Assembly: GCA_964016885.1 (NCBI GenBank)
Contig: OZ024759.1
Coordinates: 12,090,001-12,154,000, forward strand
From: Eledone cirrhosa
Taxonomy: Eukaryota
Reading direction: 5' to 3'
DNA length: 64,000 bases
Numbering within the stretch: the first letter of the stretch is position 1; every line of letters starts with the position of its first letter. The notes under the pieces were generated by a model that had not been told where the DNA came from, did not search any database, and worked only from the letters and a program-made list of their open reading frames with translations. The translations under genes and the position numbers were made by a program. Shown here one piece after another: positions 25,875 to 37,210 of this stretch.

Positions 25875-27580
25875 ACAAAAATGAAAAAATTACATTAATG
25901 CTTTAAGTAGTGGGATCTCAGGAAGTTTAGCTAAGAATGTAGACTTTACATGTAGCATTTGCACTGGAACTGTAAGCAGCAAATGACCACAGGAAACAAG
26001 CATTATCAAATTCTGGGAGGGCTCTGTAGAAACAGTAGACAGCTTCTGTTACTTGGGTGATCGAATTAGCAGCAGAGGTGGGTATTCTGAAAGTACAGTA
26101 GCCAGAGTAAGAACGGGATGGAAGAAGTTCAGGGAGTTACTACCACTGCTGGCTACAAAAAGGTTTTTCCCTCAGAATGAAAGACAGACTGTATGATGCG
26201 TGCATATGAACAGCAATGTTGCATGGTAGTGAGACCTGGGTGCTGTGTGCAGAGGACTTACAAAGATTGGAAAGACATGAAGCTAGCATGCCCCGATGGA
26301 TGTGTAATAGTAATATAGGTATATAGGTGAACGGCAAAGCATAAACGAACTGAGAGAGAAACTAGGCATTAAAGGAATCAAATGTTGTGTGCAGGAGAGG
26401 AGATTGCGATGCGTATGAAGGATGACAGCTACATAAAAAGGTGCAGAGCGCTCAAAGTCAATGGAAGCCTTGGAGGAAGGAGACCCAGGAAGTTTTTGGA
26501 TGAAGTGATAAAAGTTGACCTTACCCAATCGCACCTCTCAAAGGTGATGACACAGGACTGAGATCTCTGGTGTTACGCAGTAATACTGAAGACCCGACTT
26601 CCCACGGGTATAAGCCGAAGCATGTAGACAGTGTGCACCACCCTCTCATATATCTCACATGAGGACAGGCTGAAGTATACATCCAGTGAAGGACCAACCC
26701 ATACTGTAAAGTGGTCATGATGGTGACATGGTAAAAAGTGCCCAGCCTACACTGTAAAGTGGTCATGTAGGTGTCACGACAAAGAGCACTCAGCCCACAC
26801 TGTAAAGTGGTTGTGTAGGTGTCACGACAAAGAGCACTCAGCCCACACTGTAAAGTAGTCGTGTAGGTGTCACGACAAAGAGCACTCAGCCCACACTGTA
26901 AAGTGGTCGTGGAGGTATGACAAAGAGCACTCAGCCCACACTGTAAAGTGGTCGTGGAGGTATCACGACAAAGAACACTCAGCCCACACTGTAAAGTGGT
27001 CATGGAGGTGTCACGACAAAGAGCACTCAGCCCGCACTGTAAAGTGGTCGTGGAGGTATCATGACAAAGAGCACTCAGCCCACACTGTAAAGTGGTCGTG
27101 GAGGTATCATGACAAAGAGCACTCAGCCCACACTGTAAAGTGGTCGTGGAGGTATCATGACAAAGAGCACTCAGCCCACACTGTAAAGTGGTCGTGGAGG
27201 TATCATGACAAAGAGCACTCAGCCCACACTGTAAAGTGGTCGTGGAGGTATCATGATAAAGAGCACTCAGCCCACACTGTAAAGTGGTCGTGGAGGTATC
27301 ATGACAAAGAGCACTCAGCCCACACTGTAAAGTGGTCGTGGAGGTATCATGACAAAGAGCACCCACACTGTAAAGTGGTCGTGTAGGCGCCACAGTAAAA
27401 AAGCACCAAGTACTCACTGTAAATTAGGTTGATGTTAGGAAGGGCATCCAGCTGTAGAAACCAAACCAAAATCATTTCTGAATGAGCAAGACATGGTCAC
27501 CTGACCTAGCATTGCCCACAACAGGACAACTTGTCTAACCCATGCTAGCATGGAAAAATGGATGTTTAACGGTGATGATG
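25875..27580 (+). mobile_element. RTE-clade LINE 3' part including 3' UTR with an amplified 48-bp unit
   Basis: DSFCYLGD..GWKKFRELLPLL..HGSETW decayed ORF; ends in the AACCCATGCTAGCATGG..GATGATG tail. Confidence 0.8.
26700..27400. repeat. 48-bp array, ~14 copies; same unit family at 43250-43730 and 10640-10870
   Basis: Unit CACACTGTAAAGTGGTCGTGGAGGTATCATGACAAAGAGCACTCAGCC. Confidence 0.95.
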
Positions 27581-28092
27581 TATATATATATATATTTGTA
27601 TATAATTATGTAATAAACAACACAATATAATTATTCTATTACCCCAAGTTTCGCGATGTCTGACGATTCTAACAGAAGCGTCTGAAGCTGTTTATCAGAT
27701 AGAAATCTTATTACATAATTAAATAGCTCTGTACTATATATAGAGCATTCTTCTTTCCTTTACCTTTTTCATGGAAATACTTAACCCACACACAAATATA
27801 TATATATATATGTGTATGTGTGTTATAGTGAGGGTTCTGTAATCTTACAGTTCCAACGATTACAACCCCCCCCCCCCCCCTCCATTACTATATAAAAACA
27901 TGTCGCTTGAGCTACACCAAAGGTTCTCAACGGGGGCGGCGTTAGGGGGGGCATTTGGAGCTTTAAGGGGTGCTGGAAGGCTCTTTACTTTGGTAAATTT
28001 TATAAGCCATATGTGTAAGTCTCTGAGACAGCCAGTGTGAATGCATTTGAATGAAGAAAATAAATAGAAGCTTGTCAACGAATTCCCTAGGG

Positions 28093-28256
28093 CAGTGGTT
28101 CCCTAAGTGGATTCCAAACGAGTGTCTGGGGTTCCATGAAAAAAAGTAGAGGAGTGTATTTATATTGTGATCATATAACAGTATTAGACTTTGGGTTCCT
28201 CCAAAAGTTTCTGAACCTAAAAGGGTTCTGCAGTTGAAAAAGTTTGGGAAACCCTG
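28093..28256. mobile_element. hAT MITE
   Basis: CAGTGGTTCCCTAA / TTTGGGAAACCCTG termini; perfect 8-bp TSD CCCTAGGG. Confidence 0.85.
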
Positions 28257-28879
28257 CCCTAGGGAGATAAAAGAAAAATGAAAGAAATCAAAGAAAATGA
28301 AAATAAGGGCAACGTCAACTATAACAACAGTTACAAGAACAACTTCAATAGAAATGACAAGAAAAGGAAGCAATGGTGATGAAAGGTGTGGGTGTATACT
28401 TATACATACAAACATACACATGCATGCATACATACATATACACATATATACCGTAGATATAACTCAATGTAATCCAGTGAAATCAATAGACTTTTCCGAC
28501 GGAATTACTTTATATATATATATATACACACACACATATGTTTAAATACATACACGCACATATAACAATTCCTTAATTAGATACAGAGTCAGATATTTTT
28601 ATTCATAGTTGCACAAACAACATTACAAATCGTTTGCAATTCCTTCAGAATGAAAATATAAACAGAGCATATAATTTTACATTAGAATAACATAACAAAT
28701 ATGCTTTAAATATAAACATAAATAACATTATAAATGCTTCAGTAACACTACAAAGGATGATACAATGAAAGATATATTCTTTTAATGTTACAATATTAAA
28801 GAAAATGTAAAGGAAGGGGTGAACAACGGAGCCAACACCAGAGCAAAAGATAGCAACGTCGCGAGTACTGGGCAACTTC

Positions 28880-29570
28880 TCTAATGATTTTTGAGACAAG
28901 CCAGCACACTCGCAGCGTTGCCTCGGGTGATGGCGAGGCTGATGTGCTGAAACAGCCAAGCACCCTCGCAAGATTCGCCAGTTATCTCTATTAGGTGAGC
29001 CGCCAGTGAGGAAAGGAATCTCGCAGTCAGCGGGCCGACTCCCCCAAACGTCTCGAAAGCCACAGGCTGAAAAATGCAGCTGGCCGACAGATGAGAGTAT
29101 TTGAGGGTCTTACTCCGCTCGGCTGCAGAAGCTGTGGCTCTCGTCCTAACCGCAGCATCCAGGATGTGGGAAAGAGCAAAAGAGTCACTAACAGTGACGT
29201 CCCAGACAAGGCACCTGCCTCTCGATCAGGGGCACAGGGTAAGATCGTCAGGTCTTTTTCCGTTACTTCTGGACAATCCAGATGGTTCCAAGACTGAGGG
29301 GATATTCGCCCGGGCCAAAGCTCTCTTCAGAATGAGGTTTAGCTCCGTGTGATGCGTGAAGCGGCCGGCATTCAGGCGCCAAGAAAGACCGTGGAGGCCT
29401 GTAGATGCGAGGAGTTTGCCGCATCGGCACCTCAAACCCATGCAGAAGTCAGCTCCCACTCTGAGGGGGGCGATGGAGACACGAAGTTCGTCCAGGCTGA
29501 GTAGGCTACCAACGTTGGCCACGGGTAGGGCATCGACCCAGTCACCTGAGTATTTGGCGCTGGCAGATAA
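28880..29570 (-). mobile_element. CRE-clade (restriction-like endonuclease) non-LTR retrotransposon C-terminus. Relatives at 12828-13410(+), 58190-58470(-), 59830-60300(+)
   Basis: CRCG..H..HHTELN..LEPSGLSRSNGKRPD..WDVTV..K..KY..PVAFETFG..WLFQHISLAITRGNA, with stops. Confidence 0.75.
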
Positions 29571-30295
29571 TAAGAGAAAGGTAAGAATTTCTTCATATTT
29601 TGCATCTTTGGTATTTTGACTTTACAGTTTGAATTGTAGAATTGTCTATCCACTCAAAATATTGCAACAGCTAACAGTGAAATATAGAATTTAAAAAAAA
29701 AAAGCTTTTTCGACTGAGATCAAGTCTTTGAGAACATTCACGTCTATTTTTCAAAAATATATAATTTGCTTTTGTTTTGGATTGAAACTTTTTTGTATTT
29801 AATTCGTACGAGTACTTTTTCAAGATTTTTTAAAAAGATTCTAACGTAACTTGATTTGGCCCAGTAATATACTGATATCAAAATCAGTAGTATATTGAAA
29901 AATGGAAAAATAGGGTAAGGGGTGGGGGGCGTTTCGTGATTTCGAGGGGCCGAAATGGGTTGAGAACCTGTGAGCTACACCAACATATTATATATAATAA
30001 TTGTTTCTACTTTTGGCACAAGGCCATCAATTATCAGTACATTACTGGTACTTTATTTTATCGATCCCGTAAGGATGAAAGGCAAAGTTTACCTCGGCAG
30101 GAATATAATAATTTTATTACATTTGGTGCAAGCTGGTTGATTTGACGTTCAAAGTTGTCCGGTTAGGGACATACGTAACCGGAGTTTGGCAGCAGGCTCG
30201 TAACCACTAAACCTACTCTCACTTAACAGAAGAGTTACGGAAAGAGACAGCAACTTCCTCTTCTCCATTCGACTTCTCACGTGCGTGATCCAAAC

Positions 30296-30495
30296 ATGAC
30301 ACATACCTCCAGGAAAGGCTTCCACAGGAACAAATCTGCCTGTACTTTCAAGAAGAAATGGAAGACCAAACGATATTTAAAAGACGTTGATCAAATCCAT
30401 GATGATATGAAACCTGGAGTGGCCTCAAATTTGTTAAATCAAGCCGTAAATTATGAAATACCAGGTGCAGCTCAGTTTTACTGCCTCCATTGCTC
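30296..30495 (+). CDS. ZNF593: Zinc finger protein 593 / Bud20 homologue, exon 1
   Basis: MTHTSRK..KTKRYLKDVDQIHDDM..IPGAAQFYCLHC; phase-2 donor TC|GTAAGT. Confidence 0.93.
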
Positions 30496-31032
30496 GTAAG
30501 TAGCTCTTAGATTTAGTATTTTACTTTCCCACTCTCTTATCTAGCAACTGCCTGTCTCTTTCTGTGTGTTTATTCTTCGTTAAATATATACCTGGGGTAG
30601 TGGAAACATTTCAGAACTGCAGGGGGGCCAGATTTGGTCAATTTAGTTGTGATTAGTTTAGCCGTTATCAAATATCAATTTATTTGTAGTGATTAGTTTA
30701 GCTGTTATTATCAAATATCAACCAAGATATATAAAAAAAACTTCGATATGTGATAAACATAACATGTAAATAAATGATGGCGCATATACAGATAGAGATG
30801 TGTTTTGGTGGTATGGAGAGAAAAATATATATAATTATTCGAGGAGCCATAACTAATTAAGGAATTGTTGTATGTATTTAAGCATGTGTGTGCGTGTATA
30901 TATATATATATATGCGTGTGTATGTATTTAAACACGTGTGTGTGTGTGTGTGTATATATGGCACTACAACGGAATTCCGTTGTAGTGCCATATATATATA
31001 TAGAAAAAAGTATGACCGCGACGGCTATTTCT

Positions 31033-31155
<123 letters not shown>

Positions 31156-31476
31156 CCTGTGTATATTTTTAAACATATATATATATATACATACATGTTT
31201 CCACTAGCATTACAAGGGGTCCAACGAGCCGCAGATTACAGAGTCGGGTAAGATCGATACAGATCGAACCTTGAGCTGATCAGTGGCGAAACGCGCGTCA
31301 CCAACCAATAAACGTAATGAAGGAGTAACCAATCCTCCTTGTTATCTTTTCACTATATACACTCTGTCTAGCTCTACACCTCGACACTGAAGTGAACCTA
31401 AACATCGAGTTCTCACCCGGATGAACCTACAGTATCTCCCAAGTTACACTCCCTGGATATATATATATATATATAC

Positions 31477-32200
31477 ACTAGCAGTGGTACCCGTGGAAAA
31501 ACTGCATGCCTTGACAATATGTAAAGAAAATAAACCGAATACTTTGATGGCTGGATAATCTTTAAGATTTTCCTCGATGAAGCAGGAAAAATGCAGGTTT
31601 TCACCTAATGCGGGCCCTAGGGGATCAAGAAAATGAATTTTTTTTATGTGCATAATATGCCTTGAAATTTCAGGAAAATCGACTAGACGTAACACCTCTA
31701 AAAAGCCCTAAAAAGCTGAAAAACTGATGTTTTACACCTAATGCGGGCCCTAGGCCATAAAAAAGTTGGATTTTCTTTGCTCACAGTATGAAGAAGAGAC
31801 TGACTAATACATAGTTACAATTTCAAGGAAATCAGTCTGACGTAACGCCTCATAAAAAAACCCTAAAAACCTGAAAAAACGCAATTTTTCGCCTAATGCG
31901 GGCCCTAGGGACGAGGTGTCAAATTATCATTGAGTATATTCAGGTGTGACGCTCATTTCGCGATTGATCAGCTGAAGGATCGATCTTTATTGATCGGTCC
32001 CGATTCTGGAATTAAAAGCTCATCAGACGAGTTGGTCTTTTGTAATATCAACCGTAGTATGGCCACCTCCCTACTCACTACCATCAGCATGGAGTTGGCT
32101 CCTCCAAAGCATGTCCCTCACCATCGGGAAACGCTTTCTCTATTCTATTCACCAGGAGCACCAGCGCATGGGCCCCCATTTGCTTTTATTAGTGAGGGAT
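31477..32200 (+). mobile_element. Possible Helitron/Helentron-type non-autonomous element
   Basis: Starts ACTAGCAGTGGTACCCG in a TA run; three internal CCTAATGCGGGCCCTAGG repeats; ends TTTTATTAGTGAGGGAT. Confidence 0.4.
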
Positions 32201-32404
32201 GGAGGCATTGCCATAGTATTTTGTAGAGTGAAAGGTTAAGTGATTTACTATATCTGTGTAGGACCATCCCAGTATGCCTGTTAACATGACACAGACTACC
32301 AGTATCTCAGCTGTTTGGCTGACTGATACTCTGTTGTGGTGGCTTTGTGAGAGTTTGTCTTAAATATATATAAAGCAGTACCATTAACATGGTACAGGCA
32401 TCTG

Positions 32405-34975
32405 ACTGTAAAGCATTGCCTTAAAAAGTCCTGTCCAACCCATGCCAGTATGGAACAGGGTTGGTGTCAGGAAAGGTAACCAGATGTAAAACGGTCCCTT
32501 AAAAGTTCTGTCCAACCCAGGCCAGTATGGAACAGGATTGGTGTTAGGAAAGGTAATCAGCTGTAAAACGGTCCCTTAAAAAGTCCTGTCCAACCCAGGC
32601 CAGCATGGAACAGGGTAACCAGATGTAAAACGGTCCCTTAAAAGTTCTGTCCAACCCAGGCCAGTATGGAACAAGGTTGGTGTCAGGAAAGGTAACCAGC
32701 TGTAAAATGGGCCCTTAAAAGTTCTGTCCAACCCAGGCCAGTATGGAACAGGGTTGGTAGGAAAGGTAACCAGATGTAAAATGGGCCCTTAAAAGTTCTG
32801 TCCAACCCAGGCCAGTATGGAACAGGGTTGGTAGGAAAGGTAACCAGATGTAAAATGGGCCCTTAAAAGTTCTGTCCAACCCAGGCCAGTATGGAACAGG
32901 GTTGGTAGGAAAGGTAACCAGATGTAAAACGGTCCCTTAAAACTTCTGTCCAACCCAGGCCAGCATGGAACAGGGTTGGTAGGAAAGGTAACCAGATGTA
33001 AAACGGTCCCTTAAAAGTTTTGTCCAACCCATGCCAGTAGGGAACAGGGTTGGTGTCAGGAAAGGTAACCAGCTGTAAAATGGGCCCTTAAAAGTTTTGT
33101 CCAACCCATGCCCGTATGGAACAGGGTTGGTGTCAGGAAAGGTAACCAGATGTAAAACGGTCCCTTAAAAGTTCTGTCCAACCCAGGCCAGTAGGGAACA
33201 GGGTTGGTGTCAGGAAAGGTAACCAGATGTAAAACGGTCCCTTAAAAGTCCTGTCCAACCCATGCCAGTAGGGAACAGGGTTGGTGTCAGGAAAGGTAAC
33301 CAGATGTAAAACGGTCCCTTAAAAGTTCTGTCCAACCCAGGCCAGTATGGAACAGGGTTGGTGTCAGGAAAAGTAACCAGCTGTAAAATGGGCCCTTAAA
33401 AGTTCTGTCCAACCCATGTCAGTAGGGAACAGGGTTGGTGTCAGGAAAGGTAACCAGCTGTAAAATGGGCCCTAAAAAGTTCTGTCCAACCCATGCCAGT
33501 AGGGAACAGGGTTGGTGTCAGGAAAGGTAACCAGCTGTAAAACGGTCCCTTAAAAAGTCCTGTCCAACCCATGCCAGCATGGAACAGGGTTGGTGTCAGG
33601 AAAGGTAACCAGCTGTAAAACGGTCCCTTAAAAGTTCTGTCCAACCCATGCCAGTAGGGAACAAGGTTGGTGTCAGGAAAGGTAACCAGCTGTAAAACGG
33701 TCCCTTAAAAGTTCTGTCCAACCCATGTCAGTAGGGAACAAGGTTGGTGTCAGGAAAGGTAACCAGCTGTAAAACGGTCCCTTAAAAGTTCTGTCCAACC
33801 CATGCCAGTAGGGAACAAGGTTGGTGTCAGGAAAGGTAACCAGCTGTAAAACGGTCCCTTAAAAAGTCCTGTCCAACCCAGGCCAGCATGGAACAGGGTT
33901 GGTGTCAGGAAAGGTAACCAGCTGTAAAACGGTCCCTTAAAAGTTCTGTCCAACCCATGCCAGTAGGGAACAAGGTTGGTGTCAGGAAAGGTAACCAGCT
34001 GTAAAACGGTCCCTTAAAAGTTCTGTCCAACCCATGTCAGTAGGGAACAAGGTTGGTGTCAGGAAAGGTAACCAGCTGTAAAACGGTCCCTTAAAAGTTC
34101 TGTCCAACCCATGCCAGTAGGGAACAAGGTTGGTGTCAGGAAAGGTAACCAGCTGTAAAACGGTCCCTTAAAAGTTCTGTCCAACCCATGCCAGTAGGGA
34201 ACAAGGTTGGTGTCAGGAAAGGTAACCAGCTGTAAAATGGTCCCTTAAAAGTTCTGTCCAACCCATGTCAGTAGGGAACAAGGTTGGTGTCAGGAAAGGT
34301 AACCAGCTGTAAAACGGTCCCTTAAAAGTTCTGTCCAACCCATGTCAGTAGGGAACAAGGTTGGTGTCAGGAAAGGTAACCAGCTGTAAAACGGTCCCTT
34401 AAAAGTTCCGTCCAACCCATGTCAGTAGGGAACAAGGTTGGTGTCAGGAAAGGTAACCAGCTGTAAAACGGTCCCTTAAAAGTTCTGTCCAACCCATGCC
34501 AGTAGGGAACAGGGTTGGTGTCAGGAAAGGTAACCAGCTGTAAAACGGTCCCTTAAAAGTTCTGTCCAACCCATGTCAGTAGGGAACAAGGTTGGTGTCA
34601 GGAAAGGTAACCAGCTGTAAAACGGTCCCTTAAAAGTTCTGTCCAACCCATGTCAGTAGGGAACAAGGTTGGTGTCAGGAAAGGTAACCAGCTGTAAAAC
34701 GGTCCCTTAAAAGTTCTGTCCAACCCATGCCAGTAGGGAACAGGGTTGGTGTCAGGAAAGGTAACCAGCTGTAAAACGGTCCCTTAAAAGTTCTGTCCAA
34801 CCCATGTCAGTAGGGAACAAGGTTGGTGTCAGGAAAGGTAACCAGATGTAAAACGGTCCCTTAAAAGTTTTGTCCAACCCATGCCAGTAGGGAACAGGGT
34901 TGGTGTCAGGAAAGGTAACCAGCTGTAAAACGGTCCCTTAAAAGGTCCTGTCCAACCCAGGCCAGTAGGGAAAAG
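32405..34975. repeat. 77-bp satellite, ~33 copies, in ZNF593 intron 1
   Basis: CTGTCCAACCCATGCCAGTAGGGAAC..GGTTGGTGTCAGGAAAGGTAACCAGCTGTAAAACGGTCCCTTAAAAGTT. Confidence 0.95.
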
Positions 34976-35051
34976 TAGATGTAATTACAACAATGATAAG
35001 TTATTGAATTGATGATTTTATCCATGGATAAACTGCTTTTGTCTTCCACAG

Positions 35052-35114
35052 GAGATATTTCATCACCAATCAAGCCTTGAAGGAACATTTTAGGAGCAAA
35101 CCCCATAAGCGAAG
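35052..35114 (+). CDS. ZNF593: ZNF593 exon 2
   Basis: CACAG| then RYFITNQALKEHFRSKPHKR then |GTAAGT; completes the C2H2 finger in frame. Confidence 0.93.
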
Positions 35115-35437
35115 GTAAGTTGACGTTGTTTAGCAGCTCTGCATTCAAATGTGGATATTTTTTAGCACTAAACATGTTCTAATATTGAGGATTGCATACA
35201 TACATATATATATACACACAACATCACCAGCTTCCATCTCTTCCATTCTTCTGTCCCCTCTCCCTCTCTCTCTTTCAATCTACTCTCTCACAACCACTAT
35301 CTCTTTCTCTCTGTTTATGAAGGTACCCAGAAAACCCTATATCACAGACATTTAGTATTAGATAGATACTCACTTTATCCTAGTTGAACTGTTTTTTAGG
35401 GGTTTATCTAAAACTTTATTTAAATCTCTATTTGCAG

Positions 35438-35576
35438 GATTAAAGAATTGAAGACAGAACCGTATAGTCAAGCAGAAGCTGAAAGAGCAGCTGGTATGGG
35501 TTCTTACATAGCTCCTAAGACTATTCATGTTGAAACACAACCATTGAAGGCAGACTCTGAAATAATGCAATTTTAA
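35438..35576 (+). CDS. ZNF593: ZNF593 exon 3; spliced product 133 aa
   Basis: TTTGCAG| then [27 protein letters not shown], containing the conserved [14 protein letters not shown] motif. Confidence 0.93.
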
Positions 35577-35622
35577 AACTATAAAATTGTTCAAAATGTT
35601 CATTTGCCTTCTTGTTATTTAC

Positions 35623-36528
35623 TTAACCCTTCCATTACCATATTTCTAATGAAAGTCAGTCTATGTCATTAACCCTTCCATTACCATATTTCTAATGAAA
35701 GACACTGTCTATGTCATTAACCCTTCCATTACCATATTTCTAATGAAAGTCAGTCTATGTCATTAACCCTTCCATTACCATATTTCTAATGAAAGACACT
35801 GTCTATGTCATTAACCCTTCCATTACCATATTTCTAATGAAAGTCAGTCTATGTCATTAACCCTTTCATTACCATATTTCTAATGAAAGACACTGTCTAT
35901 GTCATTAACCCTTTTATTACCATGTCTATGTCATTAACCCTTTCATTACCATGTCTATGTCATTAACCCTTTCATTACCATATTTCTAATGAAAGACACG
36001 GTCTATGTCATTAACCCTTCCATTACCATATTTCTAATGAAAGACACTGTCTGTCATTAACCCTTTCATTACCATATTTCTAATGAAAGACACTGTCTAT
36101 GTCTTTAACCCTTCCATTACCATATTTCTAATGAAAGACACTGTCTATGTCATTAACCCTTTCATTACCATATTTCTAATGAAAGACACTGTCTATGTCA
36201 TTAACCCTTTCATTACCATATTTCTAATGAAAGACACTGTCTATGTCATTAACCCTTTCATTACCATATTTCTAATGAAAGACACTGTCTATGTCATTAA
36301 CCCTTTCATTACCATATTTCTAATGAAAGACACGGTCTATGTCATTAACCCTTTCATTACCATATTTCTAATGAAAGACACTGTCTATGTCATTAACCCT
36401 TTCATTACCATATTTCTAATGAAAGACACTGTCTATGTCATTAACCCTTTCATTACCATATTTCTAATGAAAGACACGGTCTATGTCATTAACCCTTTCA
36501 TTACCATATTTCTAATGAAAGACACTGT
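35623..36528. repeat. 48-bp array, ~19 copies, of the MITE B left terminus
   Basis: Unit TTAACCCTTTCATTACCATATTTCTAATGAAAGACACTGTCTATGTCA. Confidence 0.95.
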
Positions 36529-37210
36529 CAGTGGTTTTCAAATAATTTTGAGGGATTTAGTAGTATAACTGTCTCATTATAAAGCTGATGTTTGCAACTT
36601 AACTAAACAAAAGGTTCTTACATAAAACTATAATGAAAAACACTATAAAGTGGTAGTGCCATGAAGAATACCTAGTACACTCTGTAAAGTGGTAGTGGTG
36701 GTGCTGTGAATAAGAATGCACCCAGAACACTCTGTAAGGTGGTAGTGGTGGTGCCATGAAAAAGACTGTATCCAGTTCTCTCTGGTTTTGGTGCATGGCT
36801 TAGTGGTTAGAGCATTGGGCTTGGAATTGAGAAGTTGCGAGTTTCATTCTTGGACTGGGTGATGTGTTGTGTCCTTGAGCAAGACACTTTACTTCACATT
36901 GCTCCAGTTTACTCAGCTGTAGAAATGAGTGCGACGTCACTAGTGCCAAGCTGTATCGGTCATTACCTTTCCCTTGGACAACATTGGTGGCATGGAGAGG
37001 GGAGACTGGTATGTATGGGCGACTGCTGGTCTTCCACAAAACCTTGCCCAGGCTTGTGCCTCGGATGGAAACTTTCTAGGTGCAAAACCCTGGTCACTCG
37101 TGACCGAGTAGGAACTCTAGATGGTGTTGAGAAGGGCATCTTGGCCATAGAAGCCCTGACAAATTGTGTATTCCATGACTAGAAATCAGGTGTGGTTGGA
37201 TGATTGTGCT

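Larger units (their letters stand above)
27918..29972. mobile_element. Non-autonomous hAT element with nested insertions
   Basis: TIR CAAAGGTTCTCAAC / GTTGAGAACCTGTG; perfect 8-bp TSD AGCTACAC (27910-27917, 29973-29980). Confidence 0.8.
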
